A stretch of DNA of 64,000 bases from Anthoceros angustus (taxonomy: Eukaryota > Plantae > Anthocerotophyta): contig MU008204.1 in NCBI GenBank assembly GCA_010909165.1, positions 327,810-391,809 of the forward strand. The letters are read 5' to 3'. The notes beneath the pieces are model-generated. The model was given only the letters and a program-made list of their open reading frames with translations. It ran no database searches and was not told the origin of the DNA. This document shows, piece by piece, positions 49,001-63,042 of this stretch. The position numbers were made by a program, and so were the translations under genes. Within the stretch, counting starts at the first letter, position 1, and each line of letters opens with the position of its first letter.

Positions 49001-52000
49001 AACTTGCACATGCCTGCAGGACACCCAAAAATGTCACACAATTGGGGGCAGTCTCACCTTGCTCTTGCATAACACTGTAGAGGCGAAGGGCTTCCTGGCC
49101 CATGCCCTGCTGGGAATATCCTGCTATCATGGCATTCCATGTCACCACATCCTTATGACCAAGTCCGTCAAACACTCTCTGAGCATCTTCCAAGCTGCCA
49201 CACTTTGCATACATGTTCACCAAACTGTTGGCTACACACATCCGCTTCATGTTGTTGTTCCTGATTTGTGCATGAATGCCTCCTTCTCCAAAGCTGAGGT
49301 TCCCACACTTGCACATGCCTGCAGAAGGCAAAGAAACGTCACAGAGTCGGGTGCAACGATCCTTCTTCCTGCATAACACTGTAGAGGCGAAGGGCTTCCT
49401 GGGCTCTGCCCTGCTGGGAACACCCTGCTATCATGGCATTCCACGACCCACATCTTTCTGACGAAGTCCTTCAAACACCTCCTGAGCATCCTCTAAGCTG
49501 CCACACTTTGCATACATGTTCACCAAACTGTTGGCTACAAACACATCAGCTTGATGTCTTCCTTCTCTAATTTGCCGATGAAGCTCCTTTCCATTCTCCA
49601 AAGCTGGAGCCCAAACTTGCACATGCCTGCAGGACACCCAAAATGTCACACAATTGGGGGCAGTCTCACCTTGCTCTTGCATAACACTGTAAAGGTGAAG
49701 GGCTTCCTGGCCCATGCCCTGTTGGGAATGTCCTGCTATCATGGCATTCCATGTCACCACATCCTTTTGGCCAAGTCCGTCAAACACTCTCTGAGCATCT
49801 TCCAAGCTGCCACACTTTGCATACATGTTCACCAAACTGTTGGCTACAAACATCATCTTGGTGTCCTCTTTCTCTGATTTGCACGTGAAGCTGTTTCCCT
49901 TCTCCAAAGCTGGGGTCCCCACACTTGCACATGCCTGCAGGAGGCACACAAATGTCACGGAATTGGGTACAGCGATGCCTCCTTCTTGCATAGCACTGTA
50001 AAGACGAAGAGCCTTCTGCCCCATGCCGTGCTGGGAGTACCCTGCAATCAAAGCAGTCCACGTCACGACATCCTTTTCAAGAAGTCCGTCGAACAGTCTC
50101 TGAGCGTCTTCAAGGTTACCACACTTTGAATACATGTTCACCAAACTGTTGGCTACACGCACATCAGATTCATATCCTAGTTCTCTAATTTGTGCATGAA
50201 GCTGCTTCCCATTGTCCAAAGTTGAGCTGCCGGCACTTGCACATGCCTGCAGGAGGCACACAAATGTCACGCAATCGGGTACAGTGATGCCTTCTTCCTG
50301 CATAACGCGGTACAGATGAAGGGCTTCCTGGCTCATGCCCTGCTGCGAATATCCAGCTATCATGGCATTCCAGGTCACCACATCCTTATGACCAAGTCCG
50401 TCAAACACTTTCTGAGCATCTTCCAAGCTCCCACATTTTGCGTACATGTTTACCATACTGTTTGCTACAAAGACATCACCTTGATGCCCACACTCTCTAA
50501 TCTGTGTATGAAGCTGCTTACCCCTGTCCAAGGCTGGCGGGCCCACACTTGCACATGCCTGCAGGAGGCACGCGAATGTCACCGAATCAGGTACCGCAAT
50601 GCCTTCTTCTTGCATAGCACTGTAAAGACTAAGGGCTTCGTGGCCCATGCCCTGCTGGGAGTAACCTGTAATGAGAGCAGTCCACGTCACTACATCTTTT
50701 TATCAAGTCCATCAAACACGCTCCGAGCATCGTGCAAGCTGCCACACTTTGCATACATGTTCACCAGGCTGCTGCTCCCTACAAACAGATCAGCTTGATG
50801 TCCTCGTTCCCTGATTTGTGCATGGAGCTCCTTCCTTCTCCAAAGCTGGGCTGCCGACAGTTGCACATGCCATGCCTGCAGGAGGGACACAAATGTTAAG
50901 GAATCAGGTACAGCAATGTCTGTTTCTTGCATATCACTGTAAAGCCGAAGGGCTTCCTGCCCCTTGCCCTGTTGAGAACACCCCGCTATTATGGAATTCC
51001 ATGTCACCACGTCTTTTGAACAAGTGTATCAAACACTCTCTGAGCGTCCTCTAGGCTGCCACACTTTGCGTACATGTTTACCAAACTATTGGCAACAAAG
51101 ACATCAGCTTGGTGTCCTCTTTCTCTAATTTCATGAAGCTCCTTACCCTTCTCCAAAGCAGGAGTCCCTATAGTTGCACATGCCTGCAGGAGGCACACAA
51201 ATGTTACCGTACTCGGTACAGCGATGCCTTCCTCTTGCATAGCACCATAAAGACGAAGTGCTTTCTGACCCAAGCCCTGCTGGGAATATCCTGCCACAAG
51301 GGCAGTCCATGTCACCACATCCTTCTGACCAAGTCTATCAAACACTCTGAGCATCTTCTAAGCTGCCACACTTTGCATACATGTTTACCAAACTGTTGGC
51401 CACACCCACATCCGCTTCATGTTGTTGTTCCCTGATTTGTGCATGAATGTGCCTCCCCTTCTCCAAAGCTGAGGTTCCCACACTTGCACATGCCTGCAGA
51501 AGGCAAAGAAACGTCACAGAGTCGGGTGCAACGATCCTTCTTCCTGCATAACACTGTAGAGGCGAAGGGCTTCCTGGGCTCTGCCCTGCTGGGAACACCC
51601 TGCTATCATGGCATTCCACGACCCCACATCTTTCTGACGAAGTCCTTCAAACACCTCCTGAGCATCCTCTAAGCTGCCACACTTTGCATACATGTTCACC
51701 AAACTGTTGGCTACAAACACATCAGCTTGATGTCTTCCTTCTCTAATTTGCCGATGAAGCTCCTTTCCATTCTCCAAAGCCAAGGAGCCCAAACTTGCAC
51801 ATGCCTGCAGGACACCCAAAAATGTCACACAATTGGGGGCAGTCTCACCTTGCTCTTGCATAACACTGTAAAGGTGAAGGGCTTCCTGGCCCATGCCCTG
51901 TTGGGAATGTCCTGCTATCATGGCATTCCATGTCACCACATCCTTTTGGCCAAGTCCGTCAAACACTCTCTGAGCATCTTCCAAGCTGCCACACTTTGCA

Positions 52001-53097
52001 TACATGTTCACCAAACTGTTGGCTACAAACGGGTCATCTTGGTGTCCTCTTTCTCTGATTTGCACGTGAAGCTGTTTCCCCTTCTCCAAAGCTGGGGTCC
52101 CCACACTTGCACATGCCTGGAGGAGGCACACAAATGTCACGGAATTGGGTACAGCGATGCCTCCTTCTTGCATAGCACTGTAAAGACGAAGAGCCTTCTG
52201 CCCCATGCCGTGCTGGGAGTACCCTGCAATCAAAGCAGTCCACGTCACGACATCTTTCTCTCCAAGTCCATCAAACACTCTCTGAGCATTCTCCAAGCTG
52301 CCACACTTCGCGTACATGTTCACCAAGCAAGTACACACAAACAAATCAGGCTCAACGCCACTGGCCAACAAGTCAGCATGCACCTGCTGCCCAGTTTTCA
52401 AGTCTGCTCCCCTCGCACAAGCTTGAAGAGCCGACACAAACACATGACCATCTGGCTTCACACTGGTCCCACGCATCCGATGGTACAGCTGCAAGGCCTG
52501 CTTCTCCTGCCCTTGTTTCACATGCGCAGCAATGATGGCAGACCATGTGAAGGCCTCTGTTTTGGGAACCAATGCAAATACATCCATCGCGTCTTGCAAC
52601 CGGCCATGAGAAGCATACATCCGCAGGATGTGGGTGCCCAGGAACGTATCCGACTGCAACCCCTTTGTCACCGCGAAAGCATGGATGCGGCGACCCAGAA
52701 CAAGATCCTTCTGGGCTACGCATTTCTTCAGCACAGTGTAAAAGAGGGATTTAGAAATAACACATTCCGTCCGCACCAAGACTCCCAGAGCCTCCACGGC
52801 CGCAGTCAAGCACCCCTCATCACATAGCTGGCTCACGGTTTTCGGCATCACCCCCCTTTCGTATCCTGCAGGCCTGCGAGAGTCATTATCATCCGGCAGG
52901 CTCCAGGTGGATTTGAAGAAATTCATCTGCCCATCCAGAGCACCCACCCAAACCGGCTTGTAGAAATTGTCGAGCCAGGGGAAGGGGACCTCCTGGAGCT
53001 TTGTTGGAAACGTGCTGTATCTGGCAGTTTGGTTCCTCGCAGTCAGGTGAGCGGGAGCCCTTCCTACAATGCGCGTCACCACGCTCCAGGCAGCCAT
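46051..53097 (-). CDS. Second PLS-class PPR gene (paralog of 39426-43667), internally duplicated and frameshifted in this assembly
   Basis: ATG at 53097 (MAAWSVVTRIVGRAPAHLTAR..), with the same N-terminal and triplet consensus as the paralog. It ends KKPGQSWWTDMDGEVHSFLVGDENHTKSQARNE*. It is split into at least 7 ORFs by indels within duplicated blocks. Confidence 0.9.
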
Positions 53098-53883
53098 GGC
53101 TCCAGGAATACCTTGTAAATCACCTGTGGCTGCGACGGTTCCCACCTAGAGAACAGGACTTCATTTACAAGGGCATGGCGTCCGAATGCACAATCGACGA
53201 ATCAGATGCTTCGAAGTCTTTAGAGTGGCAGGCAAACTTCGAGCTCAGCCTTTCCCACATATTCGGCGCTGGACCCCATGTTTTCGCCATCAAGTTCTCC
53301 CTTAACCGTCGCTACCGCATGTAGGACCTAGTCCATATTGGTAGCCAGAGCGATTGGTAGCTTCCAAATATGACACGCTTGGGAAACGGAAAGTTCCACC
53401 GTCGTCTCCGGGACCTCGAGGCTGGCTGCACCTTACTATATATGTGTCTCCCGGATTTCATTTTGCACACTTTCCTTTTTAGATGCATTTTATCGTACCC
53501 GCGGATATAAATAAGCACTGTGGTCCATTACGATCACCACCAGCGCACGATATTTGCATCTCTGGATTTTATTATTGCACTCTATTTATCTTAGTTCTAT
53601 ATTATATCTTTTCAAGCATCATAAAAGAAGTTTTGATAGCAAGTAAATCTTTCGTTCAAGTCCGGATGTTTATATCTTACTAAACCAAGACCGGAATAAG
53701 GAGATCAATTAGCTTTTATATGTAAGTTTTCTAATCAATTGAATTTTTTCATTTTAAAATTATAGGTACGAGATCAATTCTAATTTCTTCCAACCTTCTT
53801 ATTTATTAGGAACTTGGATATCCAGTATCACACTGTCTACTTTCTTGAGCAAAAGCTCTAGAGTAAAGTAATTACTACGTATT

Positions 53884-55128
53884 ATGGAGGCAAATAAGCC
53901 AGATCCTGGCGACACATTTTCTTATATTCCAAATATCGAAGATCAAGGGCAAACATCTTCTCATCATCTAGATGAAAAAAGTCAAGAACAAGCAACTGTA
54001 ACTCCTCAAGATTCACATACCGGTGTGCAAGGAGAAGGACAAGCATTTCCTCACCATCTAGATAAACAAAGTCAAGGGCAATCATCACCAACTCAGTGTT
54101 CATATGAGCAAGGTGAAGGACAAGCATCTTCTTCATGTTCAAGGGATCGGCCAAGCACAGGAGAACTTTACTCCTGTCCAATATGGTTGGGGAGGTTGTT
54201 AGAAATGATGGTCATGTTCTACCAAGTTTGCTATATTCATAAGGACAAGCCAGGTTCTTCCCTACGGAGTTTTTGTGTTTTATGCAAGGAAAAGCCTCTA
54301 TGTCGATATTGCATTGAAGAGAATCACTTAAATCATCAGATACTACAAGTGAGAACTGTGGCACATAAAACTTGTGTACGTGTGAACGATATTTTAGAAG
54401 TAGACAAGAGTGTTGATTACACCAATATCCAATCTTTAGCAGACAAAGGATCACGAGTATTTGCTTTAAAAAGTTCTAGTAAGGATAGTAAAGCAATCGA
54501 AGTAATTCGACAAAACAAGTATTCAAAAGTATATTGTATCTACTGCATCAAGTCAGAACATATTCCTGGAAAACAAACTATGAAACACTTGTTTTGTTCA
54601 ATTGATTGCAAAGTTCAATATTTCAAAATAGACGGAGATATACCGAATGATGTCTCAATTAGCCCCAATATGTTGTCGGAAGATGTGGAGGATCCAAAAT
54701 ACATGGATGTTCATAAAGATTATGCCAACACTAGGAAGCGTGTTGGAAATAAAAAACGAAAAGTACAATTTTCACAGGACAACGTGAAATATGAAACAAA
54801 TGAGCAAAATATGGCTTGCAAAAAACTCAAAACTAATAATTCGTTACGAATTGTTAGATACAGCGTTAGCCAGAAAACTATGGTGCTCAAACAATGCTGT
54901 GAAGAATGTATCACCAAGAAATTACTTCTTTTTCCATGTGATACTTCATACACCCATATTGCAAAGGATTTATATGAAATCAAATTACAATCTTCTTCAG
55001 AAGTTGCAGGCGTGATTTCAGATCTTATAGTAAATGCAAATTTGGATGTTAAAGTTATGAATGTTGAGAGGATTTGTAACATATACGAAGATACAGATAC
55101 ATCTGGTATGGATATAAACAATATATAA
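53884..55128 (+). CDS. PLATZ: Divergent intronless PLATZ-domain (plant AT-rich zinc-binding) protein
   Basis: PIWLGRLL..FYQVCYIH..FCVLC..LCRYC..HLNHQILQVR..VRVNDI..IQ..SRVFAL..CIYC..FCSIDCKV reproduces both PLATZ zinc-binding regions; intact 414-aa ORF. Confidence 0.85.
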   Translation: MEANKPDPGDTFSYIPNIEDQGQTSSHHLDEKSQEQATVTPQDSHTGVQGEGQAFPHHLDKQSQGQSSPTQCSYEQGEGQASSSCSRDRPSTGELYSCPIWLGRLLEMMVMFYQVCYIHKDKPGSSLRSFCVLCKEKPLCRYCIEENHLNHQILQVRTVAHKTCVRVNDILEVDKSVDYTNIQSLADKGSRVFALKSSSKDSKAIEVIRQNKYSKVYCIYCIKSEHIPGKQTMKHLFCSIDCKVQYFKIDGDIPNDVSISPNMLSEDVEDPKYMDVHKDYANTRKRVGNKKRKVQFSQDNVKYETNEQNMACKKLKTNNSLRIVRYSVSQKTMVLKQCCEECITKKLLLFPCDTSYTHIAKDLYEIKLQSSSEVAGVISDLIVNANLDVKVMNVERICNIYEDTDTSGMDINNI

Positions 55129-56086
55129 GTGAATCTGGCGTTAGAGATGTGGCTTGACAACAAATTTGAATAAAATACGAGAATAATTATTTTTTCAAAA
55201 ATTAAGACTTGATGGCCCTAATTGTTCTTAGTCCTGTTGTTCCTCGTATTGTTTCCCTATGACATAGGGTTTGGGTAGAAAGGGGTTTCTCCTGCCAAAA
55301 GGGGTATTCGTAAAAATCCCAACCCTTTTCCGTGGAAAACTCAAATCGGTTTAATTTTTATTGTTTTTGGAGGGTGTTCATCCATCGGTTTAATTTTTAT
55401 TGTTTTGGAGGTGTTCATCCATTGGTTTACGGCATTCCACATTGTGGTGCCACTTCAGTTACTGCAGGCTTCGCCGCTTCTAATTTTGTTCATTGTGATT
55501 TAGTAGGCGTGTTGAAGGGTTAGTGCCCTCTTTGTTCCATTATTTCCGCATGTCCATGGTTCCCTAATTTTGTGTGGTCTTCTATGATTTTGTATTTCAG
55601 GAGGATCGAGGCGCGCCTGGTCTTGGCATGCGCTGACTGCACAAACTTGTGCGCGCACTGTGGAAAAAGAACGGCGAAAGCCTCCACCTCTTCCACTGGC
55701 CCATCCTCGCCGATTCCATACTAGTGCCCATAGCCGGATGGTTTCAAGTAGGACAATGGCCAGGCACTGTGTCGCACTTCTCTCCACGCTTCCTGCAGGC
55801 CGGGTGCCAGAGCCTGATGGAAGCGGTTTTGGATACGGTCCTGCACATAACAGACACCTAACAGATTAGAAGTCTGGTGGGGGGGGGCTGGCATCCATAT
55901 CCGACACCTCCGCCTTACACAAGCTGGATATTGCAATAATGGGGGAACATGGACTTTTGGAGGTCTTAGGATGTGCCAAAACTCCCGTTGCAAACACAAG
56001 TTGCAAACAACAGCAAGAATTCACCTAGATCGCTCTCATAGATTTATCATATGATCTAATGTGACGAAGAACATCCTATCTTCTTC

Positions 56087-57990
56087 TTATCCTTTATGAT
56101 GTTTCCGCCACTTTCGGTGGAGACCTAGTACTAGGTTATCCTCAAACATACCTTCAAAAGCACCAGTAGCACTCACCATTCCATTGCCTTTGCCGCGGGC
56201 TCTTGTCGCAATTGGAGCAGAACTGCAAGTCGGTTGCACATCATCATCAGCACCTAATTGCACTTCTACTCCCTTCTGAATTTCGGGGTTTTGATCCGAA
56301 ACAATATTTTGGTCCATTACGAATTCTTCTTCTGATGGGTGGTCTGCACTTGTCTCCTCATCCCTATGATCTTCTTGCACTCCCGATAAATGTTGAAATT
56401 CAAATAACTTTGTCTTGATGAGCTCCTGCGTTTGGACTTGTAGAGTGCTACCCCTTGCACAGGAGAATCCGTATGCTAAAATAAATGACTCAGATCTCAA
56501 TAGACGATCCAGATGCTTCAGTCGCTTCCTCCGTTGCCACAATTCCCCTCTATCACTATTGTTTGGAGCCAATATCTCCTCCGGTAGGTACCTTCCTTCG
56601 AACGCATTGCTACTCTCTGTCACCCACCATTGGACAACTAGGTAAGGCTCGTCGCATGTGAAATCCAAAAATGCCTATTTTGATCATCTGTCTCACATGG
56701 ATCTGCAATCATATGGCCTCGTCTGATCTCGGACATATCTCCATCCAATCTCGCCAACTTTATGGCTACAGCACCCGATGGCCTATAATTCTCGAGATAC
56801 ATGTGATGCGGTTCAAGATTTTGTGAAATTGGAGTTCAAGTTTCGCTCAACCTCCTCCCTGTTGTACCACTCCCATGGTTTTTGTAGTTCCCAGTCGACT
56901 CCTCTTTTGATTTTCTCGCAATTCTAGAACTGTGACTCCCAAAACCTGTTCCACCATACTTTGTCCTCGACAAAAAGGTACTTTTGCATCGGCTCTTCGA
57001 GGGCTTTCCTAATAGCTCCTAGTGCTTTATGATGGTCTGCGTCCGAAGGTTTCCCATGCACTTGAAGAGGACATAAAGGTGCTCCCAGTATTGCTGTTTC
57101 TCGTATCCTGCAAAGGAACTCCAAACCCTCTAAAGGTTCCCAATGTGAGATAGTAGAAAGTGGTTTGCCGCGAAGTACTATTACCATTGCTCCGCCAGCT
57201 CTTTCTTCTCTTGAAATTTTGCATTGATGGTGATCACTATGATTGTGCAAATTTTGAACTGCGGCATCTTGTGCCCCCCTTTTACCCATCCCATTGGCCA
57301 GACAAAGCTCCTGAAATTGGCCACTTTAGAAACCATTTTAACTTCTGGATTGGGTGCATACGCCTGTTCAATCAAAGTCATAAGGGTTTCGAGTGACATT
57401 GCCTTTTTGTGCTCGAGACTTTTAGAAAAGCATGAGAACATTTGATCAATTGCATCATGCGTATGCTTGACAAGTAGAAATCTAAGAAAACCTTATCGAA
57501 GACCCGCTTCTCGACACGCATACTTAAGTATGCAAACAACACCATATTTTGTTTCCTCTGGCCATGTTGTCGAGTTGCAAGTAAAACATCTTCGGTAGAA
57601 ACTTTTCATAGTTGAGAATAATATCCTGGATTATATGAATAGTTAAGTTGGCATCGTTTCGAATATTCAGGAAGTTGACAAGCACCTTGGTATAATGTTA
57701 TTGTATGGCAAACGAAGCACTACATGAACACGAATAAGCCCATCTGCAAAATCCTTCGGGGGCCAATAAAATGTTACAGCTCCGTTCTGTTTAATCCATC
57801 CCGTCTATTGCAATTCCTATGTATTTGCTAGGTTGTCCCTTACACTTCAAACGGTGTTTTGCAAGTTTGAGCCACTCCTACTTGATCGCCAATCGATGTG
57901 CACAGAGGTGCTGCTCATGGACCTCTGTCACCACATATTCACATTGGCAAAACTACCATCAGGTTCATGTTAATACCCACGTTGCGCTTC
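56087..57990 (-). mobile_element. Second, diverged Sola-like DDE transposase (degraded)
   Basis: KLAKHRLKCKGQPSKYIGIAIDGMD* (~57795), NIRNDAN, FYLQLDN (~57570), FLLVKHTHDAIDQMFS (~57435-57480), HHQCKI, VVQWWVTESSNAFEGRY and IKTKLFE are collinear with the 13.2-16.8 kb protein. Confidence 0.8.
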
Positions 57991-58569
57991 CTAAGCTGCC
58001 CCCAATCTAGCTCTACCGCCTGCTTATTACGTTAAGACCACTAATCCCGGACCCCACCTCCACCTCCTTCTCCACCTCAAGTAAGAGGTAGTTCTCCATT
58101 AAAATCTAAGTATTCTCAAATATTTAATAATTTTAGTAGAAATAAATATTTGAGATATCACATAGGTAATGATACAAGGGCTACCCATAAAAGCGTATGA
58201 CAATATTATTCTTATAATAAATTTTTAGGACTTTAATAGATGATCAATGAATTACAATTTTTTTAGGACGTTAACCCCTAAATGACAAGGGGGTTTCTGC
58301 TATTTTTCTACAACCATAAATCTTGAGTATTATACGAGGGATATGAAATTTTTCTTTATTTTTTTGTTATCGTGACAATGACCAGCAGCCTCGCTTCCTA
58401 GTAGTCATCTACTCCTCATTGTTTGCCCAAAGCTATTGTTTTGTTGCGGTAAATGGAAAGCTGATTCCAACCTAGCATTTAATTCTTAGGGCTAGAAGTA
58501 GTTACTTTTATTTAGTTATTGGATATATTGGTTACAACCACCTATAACCACCTCTACTTTGTAAATAAT

Positions 58570-58813
58570 GGGCAGCCTGAAGACCGGCCTCCCCCAGAAA
58601 TTGTTGATGATCATGTTGAATAACAGGTCGAAGCAATCCTCCGTCACAAGCTGGTAAGGAACACTTTACGGTTTCTAGTATTATGGCAGGGGTACCCCTT
58701 GTCTGAAGCTACTTGGGAACCAGCAGACCACCTTACCAATGCTCCACATCTCCTTCGATAATATATGCAAACTCATGGACTTCGGGATGAAGTCCTTGTA
58801 CCCCGAGAGTAGT
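58570..58813 (+). mobile_element. Chromovirus (Ty3/Gypsy) integrase chromodomain remnant followed by LTR start (tgtcacg at 58814)
   Basis: PPPEIVDDHVE*QVEAILRHKL..FLVLWQGYPLSEATWEPADHLTNA. Confidence 0.85.
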
Positions 58814-59000
58814 TGTCACGAGATTATGGAATTAGTGGGTATTAATAAATAGCAAGGATAAGGGTAGCTGTAGACAGCTGTATTCCGGAGAGCGGCATGC
58901 GCGCCTTATGTGCTGCAGAGTCATCCGCTTACTAGGTGTTAAGTATGTATTTACCTATAAATAGGGGGAACCCGTGAGGATAGGCAAGCAGTTTTGATAC

Positions 59001-59530
59001 CTACTTCGAACAATGAATAAGCTCGAGAATAACCTTCTTGTAGCCTTCCAACCTAGGTACCAGATCTGCCTTCGACAAGCAACCCACACAAGGAACAGGA
59101 ATTTGCAAGGCATTGACTTGCGAAAGCAATGAGTCAAACTTGACCTCGAAAGATGTCTCAAAATCTTTAGCCCATGAGCTTGCCGAATCAAGATCATGTT
59201 GCGATTTTCTAATGATAACATCATAACTATCAAATTTCTTATCTATAAGATCATCCATTACGGAATTGACCTCATCCTCCTTGTCCTCCTAGCCCTCCTC
59301 GTCCCCCTCATCCTCCAAGTACCATGCCAAAGATTGGTGCTTAGCCAAAAGAAACTCATATTTTTCTCTAAGGAAATATTCTTCGTCTCAATATTATGTA
59401 CTCTAGTCGATAATATAGACACCCTGTTGTCTTCATATTTATCCTCAATACTACGTAATCTAGTCTCCAATATTGATACCCTGTTGTCTATATATTTAAC
59501 TGTATTAGGCTTAGTGATAATAGAAGCCAT
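59001..59530 (-). pseudogene. Frameshifted coiled-coil/acidic ORF of unknown origin
   Basis: DNRVSIL repeated twice, an acidic stretch, then KFDSLLSQVNALQ..PCVGC. Confidence 0.3.
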
Positions 59531-62500
59531 AACCTCAAAAAATCAACAAAAGTAAAATAACCGCGACCTCCTCCACACCACCCACCACAGCCACCACGCA
59601 AAACACCCTAAATCATGTCCTTATCGCGACCTCTTCCACACCAGCAATGGCCTCGCTACACCAAAGTCTTGGCGACCCCACCGTGGCAACCTCACCCCAT
59701 GCTCACCGCGATATCAACTCCAACACCCAACGGCCCATGTCCACAGCGGTAGCAACCCCAACATCCAACACCCCATGCCAACCACGTCATCAACCCCAAC
59801 ATCCAATACCCCATGCCTCATGCGATATCAACCCCAACACCCTATGCTCAACGCAACAAAGCCCACTACAAAGCAAGCCCTCAACCCCTAGGACAGGCCC
59901 CACTGCAGATCGCACCGCGCTCCACACTCCGCATTCCGAACTCTTAAAGGTATCCTAAGCAAAAAGAAGGGGAATCCATACTGATCAAAGAACGGGAATC
60001 AAGACTTCCATATTGCACATGCTTTATGAACAAATTATTGAGATTTGTGTTGTTGGTTATTGAAAAAAAATTTAATATGATGTGAAAAAAATGCTAAGGA
60101 TTGTAGCTCATATATTAGTCGCAACATTGACTCTTATGATAGACAACACCCTTTACCACGATTTTGAGAAAAACTCCAATCATATGAGAAATCAAAATGA
60201 AGGGGAAAACCCTTAATTGAGTCTTACAACATCTCTAAATTAATATTGTGGGTATATGGATCTAGAAGAATTGCTATAATCTGAATCTCCAAACACACTG
60301 CCATGGCGCGCAGACACTCTTCCGAGCGTGGTAGTAATTAAGTCTCGAGTCTATCGATGGATAGAAGGCGTGTTAGATGAGTTCCCAAATTATACATCTT
60401 GGTCTTCTATAATGTGGGCAGTCAAGCATGTTGTGTACTGAATATGTGTGAGATAAGATGTGCAAACTTGCTAGTGTGCTTGACCAGTAGCGTAGCTCTA
60501 TAATTGCAAATTTTGAGGTGAATGTGGAATGAAGTTGAGGTGAAGTAGTGAATGCATGCAAGCAATTTTGTGTAGGAATGCAATCAAGTTGTGGCCATTT
60601 GTTTTAACGTGCAAGTGTCAGTTTGTCTTATTAAGTAAAGCTTCCTTTGATCTTGTATGTTGATTTTTTAGATAAAGAATAAGATCATTAGAGTTTAGAT
60701 CATGAAGTGTTGTGTAAAATTGTCTATTATGTGGGATGCAGGTAGTAGTAGTTTCTTCAACAATTATAATGTTGGCCAGTGCATCCAATTGGACAAATAA
60801 CATGTGGATCTACTAGTTGTGCCGAATACTGACATGAGCTCCTGAAGGCGGTAAGTGCTGCTGCCGGCCCAGGCGAGCAAAACCGCGGCGGAGGTCGGAG
60901 GCGGCGGGCGGGCGGGAAACTGCAGCCACAGGGAATCTCGACGCCTTGTTTGGTGATGGGAGTAGCGGCGAGGACGAACCCTCAAGACGGGCCGCAGAGG
61001 GCAGACCAAGCACTTGACTCACAGGCGACAATGAGGTATGCTCCCTGGACCCCGTGCTTGGCTTGGGTGGCCCAAGAGAGATTAGTCTGGCAAGGGATTT
61101 TTGGGATCCTCCACCTATCCGAAAGATAGGGGGAGGATCCCCAAAATCCGGTGCTGCTATCAGCAGAGGCGGAGGAGGACACCGTGGTGACCTCAGGCGT
61201 GAACGTGGGTCCTGGGGAGCGGTCCAATCTTGGCTGGGTTGAGGTCCAGACTCCTGCCGGAAGGCAAGTGTGGAAGACCACATGTACACTAACCTCCACA
61301 ATTTGGTTTGAATGTTCTTTTGTTTTCTTATGTTTTGTGTGATGGAGTGCTTAGGAAATGTCTGAGGCAAGGCCTTTTATAGTAAAAGTGGTCCTTGGCC
61401 CATGACAATACTTTTGTCCTTGGACCTCGAACTGTGAATGTCGAGGCCGGCTAGAAGGTCCTGGACCTTGGGATTTTAAGAATAAAATTGTCTATATAAG
61501 GTGCGGGATCCTTCATTCGACGCGATGGCCTTGAGGAAGTGGGGGAGGTGGCTAGTTCCTAGCAGTGGCGAATATGGAGCATGCGTCTGATACGGGGGGG
61601 AGATAACAACCCTAATTCAGGGGGGTTGTGATGGTGAGGTGGAGGCGCAAGACGCCTTAGGGGTGGTCGAGAGCTTGCTCCCAACTGGGGTGAAGGGTGA
61701 TGGAGCAATTTTACGACAACGGAGGAGGAAAACCAAGGGATTGGCGCGCGGTCTAGGAGCTTGCTCAGAACGCCAGACGCCTGAGGTTCTTCTCTCCTTC
61801 ACCTTGATCCCGAAGCCTGTGTTCCAAATCGAGAGTGTTTGAATGGATGGTTGAAGTTCGCGCTAACTGAGGGAGAGAGAGAGAGGAGAGAAGAGATCTG
61901 ACGGAGAGATCAGTCAACAGTAGGTGTGCGATCGTGGCGGAAGAGAAGGAGAGCGAAGCGGGACGCTTGCGGAGAGTTGTGTGTGGTTTCAGAAACTCGA
62001 ACCTGGGCTTGCAAGCGAAAGTGCACAAGGGAAACAACGCCTCCGTGGCGCTGGCAGAGCGCGGTCGTGCGCAGATCCGGAATGCGCTCTCCTGCTCCAT
62101 CGTCCATTCCACTCTTGGTCCTTCCTCAACAAGCTCGCTAGTGGGCAGCCCGCTGTAAAATTTGGGACAAAACGCAGAATACCTAACCATCTCTGTGAAC
62201 CCAGAGTTCCTTTTAGCTTAAGGCGCTCTAAGGGTGGCTATGACCTTACCTTGTCCGGATCGACCTCGATGCCTCCGCTGAAACCGATGCCCCACGTAAT
62301 CCTCCTCGACNTAAGGACGGATTTTGTCATGCTGATCCGACACATATATAGAGACTAGAATGAAATTTCGCTATTATGGTGGCGTAGCTTAAAATAAAAG
62401 GAATTTTTATGAAAAGTGCAACCAGGACTTCCGGAGGTCACCCATCCAGTCATCCGGCCCAAGGCGCTGAGTTCTGGGGGATCCGGTGTCGATGGGATCG

Positions 62501-62993
62501 TTGCCGCATATGTGCCCTCCTTCTCCTGTTGCACATGCCATATACCTCACATTGCTTTTGTGATTTTCTTCTCCACCTTCTCTCACCATCTTAACAACTC
62601 GCCTTTGGTCTCTCCTTTCACCTCACACTCCTAGTTAATGCTCTAGTATGACACCCATTTTATAATTTTTCCTCTTTGTGTTGCAACATGTGTTCTCTCA
62701 CGCTACTATTTTATTCTTCCCTCTTGCTTTTCCTACATGATAGCAACCAGAACTCTATCTCTCTCCCTGTGGTTGTCATTCTCTTTCCATTTTGCCTCCT
62801 TTGCATAACTATGCATTTATAATCTACCTTCCCTCTTCAATGCACCCTTGTGTCCACATCTGGTTTTGTTTTTTAAGCTCCACATACACCATTGAAAACT
62901 CTTGTTTTCACCTGATTATGTATAGTAGGATTCTAGATTATTTATATGTCTATCTATATATACAGTTTGCAGGCCCACTTGTTATGTATATTC

Positions 62994-63042
<49 letters not shown>

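Noticed and set aside
39374-52827. Many antisense and alternate-frame ORFs over the PPR genes (e.g. 51727-52827)
   Set aside because: Shadow ORFs of repetitive PPR coding sequence.
59960-62400. ORFs at 60-62 kb
   Set aside because: No recognisable domains. Probably degraded repeat sequence, and the N at 62311 suggests a contig join.
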